Of a stretch of DNA of 64,000 bases, positions 30,401 to 39,243 are shown one piece after another; positions within the stretch are counted from its first letter, which is position 1; every line of letters starts with the position of its first letter. The stretch spans positions 1,169 through 65,168 of the forward strand of contig CAMMJA010000003.1 of NCBI GenBank assembly GCA_946497145.1. Reading direction: 5' to 3'. The stretch comes from an uncultured Mycoplasmatota bacterium (GTDB lineage: Bacteria; Bacillota_I; Bacilli_A; RF39; UBA660). The notes below the pieces were generated by a model. It worked only from the letters and a program-made list of their open reading frames with translations. It ran no database searches and was not told the DNA's origin. The position numbers were made by a program, and so were the translations under genes.

Positions 30401-30889
30401 TCAAAATTTGCTTCAACTGGTAAAAAAACGGCCAAGAAAGATTTGGCCAAAGTTGCCCTTACTTATCCACATGTGTATGTTGGAAGCATTTCTATGGGTG
30501 CTAATTATCAACAAACCATCAAAGTGTTGTTAGAAGCCGAGGCATATGATGGACCATCTATCATTTTGGCGTATGCTCCATGTATTGCGCAAGGCATGTT
30601 AAAAGGTATGGAATATACTATGGAAGAAGAGAAAAAGGCAACTCTTAGTGGATATTATCCAATTTTTCATTATCATCCGGTTACTAAAAAATTTACGATG
30701 GATAGCAAAGCTAATTTTGATACTTATTTTGATTTTTTAGAAGGAGAAGATCGCTATCGTATGTTAAAACAAGTGGCGCCAGATACTTATCAAAAATTAT
30801 TAGAAGAAAATAAGAAAAATGCCATGGAGCGATATGAATATTATCGTAGTTTAGAAGGAGTACAAAAAGATGGAGAACAAATCAAATGA
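27440..30889 (+). CDS. nifJ: Pyruvate:ferredoxin (flavodoxin) oxidoreductase
   Basis: ~1150 aa. MDGNEA N-terminus, CIQCNLCSFVCPHA and CTGCKLCVNICPG clusters, and the GGDGWAYDIG TPP-binding motif. ATG at 27440 with a GGAG RBS; the ORF track begins at TTG 27392. Confidence 0.95.
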   Translation: MIEKRIMDGNEACSYVSYPFTEVAGIYPITPASPMAELVDQWSNQGKKNYFGMPVKVVEMQSEAGAAGMVHGSLQAGCLTTTYTASQGLLLMIPNMYKMAGELLPAVIHVAARSLATHALSIFGDHQDVYATRMTGFAILAESSVQEVMDLTAVAHLSAIKGRVPFVNFFDGFRTSHELQKIDVLDMEKVKKLIDQKSLTEFRSRALTPDNPVTRGTSQNDDIYFQATEVRNPYYQKLPDIVNDYMHEINKLTGRNYAPFTYYGREDATKVIVAMGSVCETIKETLDYLNAQGEKLGLITVHLYRPFSSKYFLKVLPDTVKSIAVLDRTKEAGSIGEPLYLDVLQVIEEAKRKIKVIGGRYGLSSKNTNPAMIKAVYDFLGKRDNFTGFTVGIFDDVTKLSIPLSDFQLPKKHTEFLVYGYGSDGMVSACKDLMKITGTYSNANVQGYFQYDSKKSGGITKSHLRFSKEPILSTYYVERPSVIVCTNDRYLKKFKVLENIEENGIFLLNTSKKEQEIIDFLSENDKKILKDRHVRFYIVDALKIAKEVGLDRKISSVMETLLFQLGHIIPFDFAISKMKERVQSRFGNKGNDIAKKNLLAIDRAKDSYIEVQVDDLRYEMSQVDQERSLFDKMDEREGDQLAVSAFAFQPDGTFEGGLSRLEKRESSSFAPYHIKENCIQCNLCSFVCPHAVIRPFLLDEEEVEKAPDVVKRNLMDANFKDQNLKYTISASIPDCTGCKLCVNICPGKKGEKALEMKSIEELKRLRKEEEYQYLFNQVTEKQVMPINTVKGSQFRKPKFEFPGACAGCGETPYLKLLTQLFGEKLVIANATGCSSIYGASAPSTPYTVPWANSLFEDNAEYGYGMKIADQAMKDRIQSLILSHIDEVEEAEQKIYRDYLEEMSEETADRLYEVIDHTKIKELQSLKPFIKPKSIWMIGGDGWAYDIGFNGIDHVLANKENVNILVLDTEVYSNTGGQASKSSKIGSVSKFASTGKKTAKKDLAKVALTYPHVYVGSISMGANYQQTIKVLLEAEAYDGPSIILAYAPCIAQGMLKGMEYTMEEEKKATLSGYYPIFHYHPVTKKFTMDSKANFDTYFDFLEGEDRYRMLKQVAPDTYQKLLEENKKNAMERYEYYRSLEGVQKDGEQIK

Positions 30890-31058
30890 AAAGATAACAA
30901 AACCACCTAAAATGAGTCAATATCAAGGAAAAAAAGAGACAAAACAAGAGATGGTAGAATTTGAATATATAGAAGATACTGACGAAGATTTTGGTGTGGA
31001 ATATCATCCTTTCTTGGATGGTCCATTGATGGAAGATGAGGAATCTAATCATGTATGA
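30870..31058 (+). CDS. Small acidic protein (62 aa), unknown function
   Basis: AAGGAG RBS 9 nt upstream, located inside the nifJ 3' end. Overlaps nifJ by 20 nt and the next ORF by 8 nt. Confidence 0.4.
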   Translation: MENKSNEKITKPPKMSQYQGKKETKQEMVEFEYIEDTDEDFGVEYHPFLDGPLMEDEESNHV

Positions 31059-32790
31059 TGCGTTTTATAAAGAGCAACTAGAGTATTTGTTTTTTTCTAT
31101 CAAACAAGAAGTTTTATCAAATCATCAAATGCCTAATATTTATCGCATGTTGGCAAATTTTGGGGTAGATTCTTCTTTGTGTGGTTATGAAATATTAGAT
31201 AACCGTGATCGTTGTGCTAGTTACGCTTTCCGTTTGATTCGTGATGTTTTGGATGAAGATAGAAAAAAGGGAAGAACTCCAAGTATTCGGACACGTATTC
31301 AATTACAAAATAACAATCCTCGAAGTTTTCAACATATCAATGTAGTATTCGATCCAGCAAAGCAAGCGGGAGTAAGAAGTATGTTGAAGTTGTATTTTCC
31401 ACTTGACATCAATCAAAGAGAAGTGGCGATTCGAGATATTTATCAATATTTATTTCAAGAAAAAATCAATTTTTCTTCTAAAATATCACCCACGATTCGT
31501 TCTGATAATTTTGTTGTTCGAGTGGATTCGGTGGAAGATGCAAAGAAACTTATCGATTATGCTGCTTCTACTCCTTCTATTTCTAGTGCAATATGCATGA
31601 ACAATCCTTTGGTTGCACAAATTCATGGTATTGGTATTGCACAAGATACGTATGAGATGAGCTACAATATGTTAGCGTCACAGGAAATGCAAGATTTTTT
31701 ACGAGATTGTTGTGGAAAAAATGAATTAAGTAAGTTCGATGCGGAACATTTTTTGATTTATTTAAAGGATAAGTATGCAATACTTTCTAATAGTAAACAA
31801 CGTTTCGGAGTGAAAACGTTAATTGATTCTTTGAATTGTATTTTGCAGGGTTCCTCATTTTTAGAAAATTGTACGGTACCGAATCGATTGTCGTTTGATC
31901 CGGCGCTATTTTATCAATATCGTCGTTATTTGAAAGATGATGTTTATCTTTATCGAGATGGTGACAATCGTGAAATTACGATGGAAAGTGATCCGGCTTT
32001 TTATATTCACTTACAAGCGATGAATTGTTTAGAAAAAATGTATCAGGAACGTTTTCAAAAACGTCCTAATACGTCGTTTGTTTTACATCATGCCCTTTCT
32101 AATTATCTACACGTTTATTTGGATAGAATGCAAGATATTACCAAAGAAAATAGTACGATTAACGATGATATTCAACTATCTTTTCCATATGAAAACCGTG
32201 TCATTCAAAATCTTTTTCCATATCTTTGTGCTGATTTGGCACTTCAAAATGGACGCTCTACCATAGAAGAAGTACAAGAGATTATGGATGTAGTAACAAG
32301 AAGAACCGTATTTGAACGAGATGATGATATATCTTTAATAGAAAAAAATCGTTCATCAAAACAATGTTATCTTTGGGAGGACAAACGATTTTCTTCGTCC
32401 ATTCCTTTAATTACGATGGATCGTGGAATTGTCGGGTTAGATTTTGTTGATGATTTCAAGCAAGATAACGTAATGACGATTACCGTAATCAAGAATGGCA
32501 AAATGATTCAATATCAAAGAGTAGTGTTGGAAGTAGATCGTAATTTGTTGATGAATTTACAGGATGAGACGTCTTGTACCTATCGTTCTTTTGTTGGAAA
32601 TTTATTGTTAGATGAAACTCGCAATAAGAAGATGATCGATGAACGTGGTGGGCATTTTGGAATTATTCGTTATTCCTCTGATGGAACAATTCAAAAATAT
32701 TATGATCCTCATTCTATAAAGAAGTTAAAAGATATGAATCTAGAACCTAGCGTCGAAGTGGTGGAACAAAAATCTAGTAGAATAAGATAA
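31051..32790 (+). CDS. Uncharacterised ~580-aa cytoplasmic protein
   Basis: Long ORF with no family recognised. ATG at 31051 has a GAGGAA RBS; the ORF track begins at 31036. Its own terminator follows. Confidence 0.6.
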   Translation: MYDAFYKEQLEYLFFSIKQEVLSNHQMPNIYRMLANFGVDSSLCGYEILDNRDRCASYAFRLIRDVLDEDRKKGRTPSIRTRIQLQNNNPRSFQHINVVFDPAKQAGVRSMLKLYFPLDINQREVAIRDIYQYLFQEKINFSSKISPTIRSDNFVVRVDSVEDAKKLIDYAASTPSISSAICMNNPLVAQIHGIGIAQDTYEMSYNMLASQEMQDFLRDCCGKNELSKFDAEHFLIYLKDKYAILSNSKQRFGVKTLIDSLNCILQGSSFLENCTVPNRLSFDPALFYQYRRYLKDDVYLYRDGDNREITMESDPAFYIHLQAMNCLEKMYQERFQKRPNTSFVLHHALSNYLHVYLDRMQDITKENSTINDDIQLSFPYENRVIQNLFPYLCADLALQNGRSTIEEVQEIMDVVTRRTVFERDDDISLIEKNRSSKQCYLWEDKRFSSSIPLITMDRGIVGLDFVDDFKQDNVMTITVIKNGKMIQYQRVVLEVDRNLLMNLQDETSCTYRSFVGNLLLDETRNKKMIDERGGHFGIIRYSSDGTIQKYYDPHSIKKLKDMNLEPSVEVVEQKSSRIR

Positions 32791-32791
32791 A

Positions 32792-32819
32792 ATGTAGCAA
32801 ATTTTTGCTACATTTTTTA
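32792..32819 (+). terminator. Rho-independent terminator
   Basis: TGTAGCA/TGCTACA stem followed by T6. Confidence 0.75.
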
Positions 32820-32821
32820 AT

Positions 32822-32923
32822 AAAAAAAGAAGTTGCACCCCCTGAGGGCAACTTCCTAAAAAGAATAAAAAGGGGTTGGCTAGTGTGATACTAGCTACCA
32901 ATTCGCCTAATCTCGAATTGGTG
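32822..32923 (-). ncRNA. Candidate ~100-nt small RNA (promoter, two hairpins, C-rich linker, terminator)
   Basis: Minus-strand TTGACA (32958-32953), 17-nt spacer, TATTAT (32935-32930). Hairpins ACCAATTCG/CGAATTGGT and GCTAGT/ACTAGC, then unpaired CCAACCCCUUUUU. Terminator GAAGTTGC/GCAACTTC (32855-32829) followed by U7. No ORF. Confidence 0.55.
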
Positions 32924-33096
32924 ATTTCTATAATAATCGAAAGCAGTCATTTTGTCAATGATAAAGTCATAAAAATTCAAAATTTTTATTATTAGGATTG
33001 ATTTCTATATTTTCTTTGTCAAATTCAAAATTCGTATAATGAAACCTGGTCGAATGAAGTAAAATATGATATAATAGCAGGCGAGGAAGTGGTAGT

Positions 33097-35094
33097 ATGG
33101 GTGATTTATCGTTGGTTAAAGGAATTGGACCAAAGTCAGAAGTTTTGCTTCACAAGTTAAATATTTATACCATTGAAGATTTGGTTACCCACTATCCTTT
33201 TCGTTATGATGTATTAAAGCGTGGCTCTATTCAAGATACAGAAGAGGGTGGACACATTGTCATTGATGGGAAAGTCGAGAGTGTTCCTATTTTATTGCGC
33301 TTTAAAGGCGGTTTAAATAAAATGAATTTCCGCTTGGTAACCGCAAGTGGCGTTGTGGGTGTTTCTATTTTTAATCGTGCTTTTATGAAAAGTCATTTGT
33401 TGATTGGAACAGGAGTTACTGTTATTGGGAAACTTGATAAACAAAAAAATGTGATTACGGCTTCCGATATCAAATTGGGAATGTTATCGAATCAAGTTAA
33501 AATAGAGCCAATTTATCATTGTACAAATGGTTTGTCTAATAAAAACATCAGCAATTATATTAATATGGCTCTATTGCAGTTTGGAAGGGAAATTCGTGAT
33601 GATATTCCGGAACATATTGCTTCAAATTATCACTTTTCAAATAAGAAAACGGCATTAAATATTTTACATAATCCGCCAACTTTGGAAAAATTAAAGGAAG
33701 CCACCATTCGTTTGAAGTATGAAGAGTTATTTTCTTTTATGTTTAAAATTAATTATTTAAAAGAAAGAAATCGTCATAATAGATCTGGTTGGTCTAAAGA
33801 AGTTGATTTTTCAAAAATAGAATCATTTTTAAAACAGTTACCTTTCGAATTGACGATGGATCAAAGAAAGGCAGCACAAGAAATTTTAGATGATATGAAT
33901 GCTACTAGTCGGATGAATCGATTGTTGCAAGGTGATGTGGGAAGTGGGAAAACGGTTGTGGCTTTTATTGCGATGTATGCTTCTTTTTTGGGAGGATATC
34001 AAAGTGCTTTAATGGCTCCGACAGAAATTTTGGCAACACAACATTATTATAATTTAAAACAGTTGTTACAAGAATATGATATTGAAATTGCTTTATTGAC
34101 TGGTTCTGTCAGCAAAAGGGAAAAACAGCAAATTTATAAGGGATTGGCCGATGGAACAATTCATATGGTAATTGGGACACACGCTTTGATTCAGGAGGAA
34201 GTGGTATATCAAAATTTGGGTTTGGTTATAACGGATGAACAACATCGTTTTGGTGTTAATCAAAGGGCAAATTTGACCAATAAGGGAAGAGAACCAGATA
34301 TCCTTTACATGAGCGCAACGCCAATTCCTAGAACATATGCGCTGACGATTTATGGTGATATGGATATTTCGACTATTAAGGAAAGACCAAAGGGAAGAAT
34401 GCCTATTAAGACATTTGTGAAAACAACCAAAGATATGAAAGATGTGTTGACTTTAATGTTAGAAGAATTGAAACAACAGCATCAAATTTATGTAATTGCA
34501 CCTTTAATTGAAGATAATGAAAATTCGGATTTGACGACAGTATATGAATTGCGCGATAAGATGAATTTGGCATTTGGTAGTAAGTATCACATTGATTTAG
34601 TTCATGGTAAAATGCGTGCGGAAGCAAAAGAGTATGTGATGCAAGAGTTTGTCCAAAATAAAGTAAATATTTTAATCAGTACAACGGTTATTGAAGTAGG
34701 AGTAGATGTTCCAAATGCGACGATGATGGTCATTTTTGATGCTAATCGTTTTGGACTTTCTACGCTTCATCAATTGCGTGGCCGTGTGGGAAGAGGTACG
34801 GTTGCTTCTTCTTGTATACTAATTAGTGATCAAGATACCAAACGATTACAAATTATGGAAACAGTCGATGATGGTTTTGCGATTAGTGAAGAGGATTTTA
34901 AATTACGTGGACATGGTGACTTGTTTGGTACGAAACAAAGTGGTGATATGACGTTTAAAATTGCTGATTTAAGGCAAGATTATAAGATTTTATTACAAGC
35001 AAAAAAAGATTCGAAAATGTATTTACTTGACAAATCGTTTGACAACGACGATGTAAAGAAACGTTTAATTGAAGATGTCAATTATAAAAAATAA
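33097..35094 (+). CDS. recG: ATP-dependent DNA helicase RecG
   Basis: GDVGSGKT, TDEQHRFG, SATPIPRT and QLRGRVGRG motifs, with an N-terminal wedge/OB region. Confidence 0.95.
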   Translation: MGDLSLVKGIGPKSEVLLHKLNIYTIEDLVTHYPFRYDVLKRGSIQDTEEGGHIVIDGKVESVPILLRFKGGLNKMNFRLVTASGVVGVSIFNRAFMKSHLLIGTGVTVIGKLDKQKNVITASDIKLGMLSNQVKIEPIYHCTNGLSNKNISNYINMALLQFGREIRDDIPEHIASNYHFSNKKTALNILHNPPTLEKLKEATIRLKYEELFSFMFKINYLKERNRHNRSGWSKEVDFSKIESFLKQLPFELTMDQRKAAQEILDDMNATSRMNRLLQGDVGSGKTVVAFIAMYASFLGGYQSALMAPTEILATQHYYNLKQLLQEYDIEIALLTGSVSKREKQQIYKGLADGTIHMVIGTHALIQEEVVYQNLGLVITDEQHRFGVNQRANLTNKGREPDILYMSATPIPRTYALTIYGDMDISTIKERPKGRMPIKTFVKTTKDMKDVLTLMLEELKQQHQIYVIAPLIEDNENSDLTTVYELRDKMNLAFGSKYHIDLVHGKMRAEAKEYVMQEFVQNKVNILISTTVIEVGVDVPNATMMVIFDANRFGLSTLHQLRGRVGRGTVASSCILISDQDTKRLQIMETVDDGFAISEEDFKLRGHGDLFGTKQSGDMTFKIADLRQDYKILLQAKKDSKMYLLDKSFDNDDVKKRLIEDVNYKK

Positions 35095-35161
35095 ATGTAA
35101 ACAAAAGAATATTCAGTTGGAAGTAATTGACTTTTTGATTAATTCATATTATGATTAAGAT

Positions 35162-35256
35162 GCGTGAGTAACTCACGCTGATATCTCTCACGAACTAAAA
35201 TGTGAGAGTATATTCAACCGAACCCCCTGAAGGAGCGCAATAGCGCTCCACTTTTT
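35162..35256 (+). ncRNA. Candidate ~95-nt small RNA (promoter, two hairpins, C-rich linker, terminator)
   Basis: TTGACT (35127-35132), 17-nt spacer, TATGAT (35150-35155). Hairpins GCGTGAG/CTCACGC and CTCTCAC/GTGAGAG, then unpaired AACCGAACCCCCU. Terminator GGAGCGC/GCGCTCC followed by a U run. No ORF. Confidence 0.55.
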
Positions 35257-35312
35257 GTATTGTTGGAACGATAGTGGTATGGTGCTATAATGAAGTTAAA
35301 TGAAATGGAGCG

Positions 35313-35735
35313 TTGAAAACTTTGACAAAAGCTATCTATCTTAGTATTAAACCAGAACATACCAAGAGAATTGTAACAGGCGAAAAGAATTATGAGTTTC
35401 GTAATTATTATCCCAAGCAACAAGTGGATACTTTGTATGTTTATGAAACATATCCTACTTGTGAATTAAAATATATTATGAAAATAGGAAACGTCATAGA
35501 ATATCCTAATAAAATTGCAAAAACAGGATATGGAAATGATGAATTTAATCAAGGATTGAAAAATACAAAATATGCTTATGAAATTAAGAGCGTATCTCTT
35601 TTAGAGAATCCAATTGATTTGACTACATTGAAAAGTGTATATGGTTTTACTCCACCACAAGCATATGCGTATGATAGTAGATATGCAACACTAACTGAAT
35701 ATCTTCATCAGTCAAAGATCAGTAGAATCGTATGA
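35313..35735 (+). CDS. ASCH (PUA-like) domain protein
   Basis: AIYLSIKPEHTKRIVTGEKNYEFR matches the ASCH N-terminal pattern. An extended -10 (TGCTATAAT) lies upstream. Start is uncertain: TTG at 35313 or 35322. Confidence 0.6.
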   Translation: MKTLTKAIYLSIKPEHTKRIVTGEKNYEFRNYYPKQQVDTLYVYETYPTCELKYIMKIGNVIEYPNKIAKTGYGNDEFNQGLKNTKYAYEIKSVSLLENPIDLTTLKSVYGFTPPQAYAYDSRYATLTEYLHQSKISRIV

Positions 35736-35756
35736 TGTGAATAATAGGTGATAAAG

Positions 35757-36788
35757 ATGAGAAAGAAAGGTATTTTTATTGCAAGATTGTTATTTAGTTT
35801 TATGATTACATTGATGTTGTTTTCCATGATCATAAAAACAAATGATACGTATTCTCAAATGTTCATGACTTCTTTTTTGATTTGTGCTTTGGCATCGATG
35901 GGAAAAACTATATGTTTTTTATTCGAGAAAGAAAACTGGGCAAAGATATTTGATCAACTGTTTTTGATCAGTTTTTTCTTGTTTGCTTTTGGCTTTTTAT
36001 TTTTTTGGTGTTATACCTCTATTAAAAGTGCAAATTTTGTGTTTTTATTTTTTTCCATTCCTTTTTGGTTGGTTAGTATTCATTATTTTCGTAAATTTTT
36101 GTGGAAAAAAACGAAGCGAACAAACAATAAGAAGAAACAATCCAAATGGAGCACTTCAATCGTGGTTGGAACGATTCTGATTGGATTCACTTTGTGTTGT
36201 GGACTTGTATTATTGTTTTTAGGTATTAAAGATTTTTATCAAGAAAATCATAAGATTAAAAACTATGTTACAACAACGGCTTATTTTAAAGATTATCAAA
36301 TTTATGAGCAAACTTCTGATGGAAGCGTTACTTATCAATTGAATTATGTTTATCAAGTCGAAGGAAAAGAATATACCATTTCTACAGATTATGGTACCAA
36401 CGATATCCCTGATAAAGGTAGTGTACGTGAAATGAAATATAATCCTAATCATCCTAGCGAAGCGGTTTTATTAGGAACAAATCGTTCAAATAGTATGATT
36501 TATATTGGGGCTTTTTTTACTTTGGGTTCTTTTACATTTGTGTTAGTAGCACTTTATACTAAAGGAGTATTTGATAAAGTTAAGTTTGATGTTATAGGCA
36601 CTTATATTGGCATTGTGTTTTTGTTGATTGGAATAGGTATTGTTTTATTTCAAAATGGTACTACAGGATCGTTTCTGGAAACTGTTCGTTCGTTTGGCCT
36701 ATGGATTTTTATACCGTTGGCGTTTGTTATAATTGGACTTTTTCAGGTAATAAAAAGTATACTTATTATAAAAAAGAATCGAGAGTGA
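35757..36788 (+). CDS. Polytopic membrane protein with DUF3592-like central domain
   Basis: Hydrophobic N- and C-terminal blocks flank a soluble beta-rich segment. ATG at 35757 with a GGTGA RBS. Confidence 0.5.
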   Translation: MRKKGIFIARLLFSFMITLMLFSMIIKTNDTYSQMFMTSFLICALASMGKTICFLFEKENWAKIFDQLFLISFFLFAFGFLFFWCYTSIKSANFVFLFFSIPFWLVSIHYFRKFLWKKTKRTNNKKKQSKWSTSIVVGTILIGFTLCCGLVLLFLGIKDFYQENHKIKNYVTTTAYFKDYQIYEQTSDGSVTYQLNYVYQVEGKEYTISTDYGTNDIPDKGSVREMKYNPNHPSEAVLLGTNRSNSMIYIGAFFTLGSFTFVLVALYTKGVFDKVKFDVIGTYIGIVFLLIGIGIVLFQNGTTGSFLETVRSFGLWIFIPLAFVIIGLFQVIKSILIIKKNRE

Positions 36789-37099
36789 TGATGATGGAAT
36801 ATTTGTTTTTATTTGTTTTTGGAATTGGTACTATTTTGCTTGGTATTTTTAATTGGAAGGGAAACATTACTTCTATTCATTGGTACAATAGAACCAAAGT
36901 TACAAAAGATAATGTGAAAAAATACGGAAAAGTTATGGGATTAGGGACTATTATTATCGGAAGTAGTTTGAGTATCACTTCTATTCTTTATTTGTTGATC
37001 GAAAAAGAGTTTGTTTGGTATGTTACGTTAGTAGGAATAGTAATTGGTCTTATTTTGATGATTTATGGTCAGTTTAAATACAATAGAGGAATTTTTTAA
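36788..37099 (+). CDS. Small membrane protein (DUF3784/SdpI-like)
   Basis: ~103 aa, three TM spans. The ATG shares one base with the upstream TGA. Confidence 0.5.
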   Translation: MMMEYLFLFVFGIGTILLGIFNWKGNITSIHWYNRTKVTKDNVKKYGKVMGLGTIIIGSSLSITSILYLLIEKEFVWYVTLVGIVIGLILMIYGQFKYNRGIF

Positions 37100-37184
37100 A
37101 CGATATATGATCGTGTATAAGAATGATTGGTTGTCAGATGATAGAAAATAGTGTATGCTAGATTTAAGAAATGGGGGAATTGGA

Positions 37185-38228
37185 ATGAATCAAGAACAAA
37201 TCAATAGATCAAAAAAAGAATTGCAGGAAAAGAAAAAAATGATTGATGAAGAAATTGAGGAGCTATTAGAGCAAAATAAACAATTACAGTCGAAGAGTTT
37301 CGGTAGAAAAATTTTGATTGGTTTTTTTGCTTCGACGATTCTTTATGTTTCTTTTTTAACATTTGGTGCTTCTCTTGGACTGCTTACGAATGCTGTTTTT
37401 TCTTTCGCATCATTGGGGGCTGCTTTTTTGTCTGGCAAATTGATTGTAAACACACTGACACCAGAAGAAAAGAGTTCTAAAGGAAAGTTTTTTTCTTCTA
37501 AAATAACGAAAATGAAACAAAACTTAGAGAAACAAAAAGAAAACGAATTGGCATTAGCCAAGTTACAAAACAAAAGTTTAGTGTTAGATAAGGCCACAAA
37601 GGATTTAGAGAACATTATGAATTCGCAAGAGAAAATAGAAGGTATGACGGAGTGTGAAAAAAAGTACAGTAAGGATAAAGAAAGACAATTAGATGAATTT
37701 AGTACACAAAAATTTTTATTGGATGAACGTTTAGAATTGACTCGAGAAAAAGTAGAAACTCCTTTAAAAGTAATTGGTTCTGGAGTAGGGGCGTCTTTCT
37801 ATTTACTTCCGCTAGCGCCAATTCTAGGACAAATTCCGTTGATCGTGTTATATGGTGTGGCGACTGGAATAGGGTGTGTTACTTCTTTGGTTTATCATAA
37901 AAAGAAAAACCAGTGGAGTGAAGATATTTGGAGGAACATTATGGCGAAGAACGCTTATGATCCTAGTAGCAAGAACGTTCAAAAAAAATTGAAACAATCT
38001 ATTTGTGATATGGCTAGATTAGAAGTAGGACAACAACTTTGCAATCGTCAGTTAGAAGGAGTAACATTTGTTCCGGATCATTCGACTAAGTCCACTACAA
38101 TTGAGAGACAGAAAGAATTTTTGTTACATTTAAAAGAGCAAATACAAAAAGAACATCATCCTATAGAAGAAAATCAATCAAATAAACAATTGATTCTTCT
38201 TCCTAAGAAGCAACAAAAGAATGATTAG
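37185..38228 (+). CDS. Coiled-coil / membrane protein of unknown function
   Basis: K/E/Q-rich coiled segments alternating with two hydrophobic blocks. GGGGGA RBS before ATG 37185. Confidence 0.45.
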   Translation: MNQEQINRSKKELQEKKKMIDEEIEELLEQNKQLQSKSFGRKILIGFFASTILYVSFLTFGASLGLLTNAVFSFASLGAAFLSGKLIVNTLTPEEKSSKGKFFSSKITKMKQNLEKQKENELALAKLQNKSLVLDKATKDLENIMNSQEKIEGMTECEKKYSKDKERQLDEFSTQKFLLDERLELTREKVETPLKVIGSGVGASFYLLPLAPILGQIPLIVLYGVATGIGCVTSLVYHKKKNQWSEDIWRNIMAKNAYDPSSKNVQKKLKQSICDMARLEVGQQLCNRQLEGVTFVPDHSTKSTTIERQKEFLLHLKEQIQKEHHPIEENQSNKQLILLPKKQQKND

Positions 38229-38294
38229 GGTATCATTCTTTTTTGAATGGTTCTCTTTGTTTGTGTTATAATAAGAAAGGAAGGTAGGGATAAA

Positions 38295-39176
38295 ATGGAA
38301 AAAGCAAAGGTTTATTTTATAAAAGATATTACACCCGCGAATTTGGTAAAAATTTATCAGGCATTAGGTGTACAACTCCCAGGGAAAGTGGCCGTTAAGT
38401 TACATTCGGGGGAAAAGGGCAATCAAAATTATGTAAGGCCCGAGTTTGTTCGGGATATCATTGAATATGTACATGGTACAGTGGTTGAGTGTAATACTGC
38501 TTATGCAGGTGCGAGAAATTCTACAGAAAAACATGAGCAATTAATGAAAGATCATGGATGGACCAAATATTTTGATGTAGATATCATGGATGCAAAAGAA
38601 GATATCAAAATTGAGATTCCTAATGGAAAAGTGATTAAAGAAAACTATTTGGGAAAGAATATTCAAAATTATGATTCTATGTTGGTACTATCACATTTTA
38701 AAGGACATCCGATGGGTGGTTATGGAGGTGCTTTAAAACAACTTTCGATAGGATGTGCTTCTAGTACTGGAAAGAGTATCATTCACTCGGCTGGTAAAGT
38801 AAAGGATCAAAATATTCTTTGGGATAATCTCCCTGAACAAGATTTATTTTTAGAAAGTATGGCGGATGCTGCAATGTCGGTGGTGGATTACTTTAAAGGA
38901 AACATGGCGTTTATCAATATTATGTGTAATATGTCTGTTGATTGTGATTGTTGTGCGGAAGCAGAAGATCCATGTATGAAAGACATTGGTGTTTTGGCTT
39001 CTTTGGATCCTGTGGCAATCGATCAAGCATGTCTTGATTTGGTGTATCAATCAAATGATCCTGGCAAAGAGCATTTTTTAGAACGTGTGGAGTCTAGACA
39101 TGGTATTCATACGATAGAAGCGGCCGCTGATCTTGGAGTTGGTTTGCGCGAATATGAATTGATTACATTAGAGTAA
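38295..39176 (+). CDS. DUF362-family putative Fe-S protein
   Basis: KVYFIKDITP N-terminus and a C-terminal CNMSVDCDCC cysteine cluster. ATG at 38295 is preferred over the ORF track start 38247. Confidence 0.6.
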   Translation: MEKAKVYFIKDITPANLVKIYQALGVQLPGKVAVKLHSGEKGNQNYVRPEFVRDIIEYVHGTVVECNTAYAGARNSTEKHEQLMKDHGWTKYFDVDIMDAKEDIKIEIPNGKVIKENYLGKNIQNYDSMLVLSHFKGHPMGGYGGALKQLSIGCASSTGKSIIHSAGKVKDQNILWDNLPEQDLFLESMADAAMSVVDYFKGNMAFINIMCNMSVDCDCCAEAEDPCMKDIGVLASLDPVAIDQACLDLVYQSNDPGKEHFLERVESRHGIHTIEAAADLGVGLREYELITLE

Positions 39177-39243
39177 TGGTATTTGAAAGAATCTTTCTGA
39201 TTCTTTTTTTGTTTTTGGCTCATACTAAAATTAGGTGAGTGTC

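Noticed and set aside
32838-32847. Motif CCCCCTGAGG here and CCCCCTGAAGG at 35223-35233, both on the + strand, suggesting a shared element
   Set aside because: Only ~10 nt are shared. The first copy sits in the loop of a minus-strand terminator and the second in a + strand linker. The two candidate RNAs are treated as independent.
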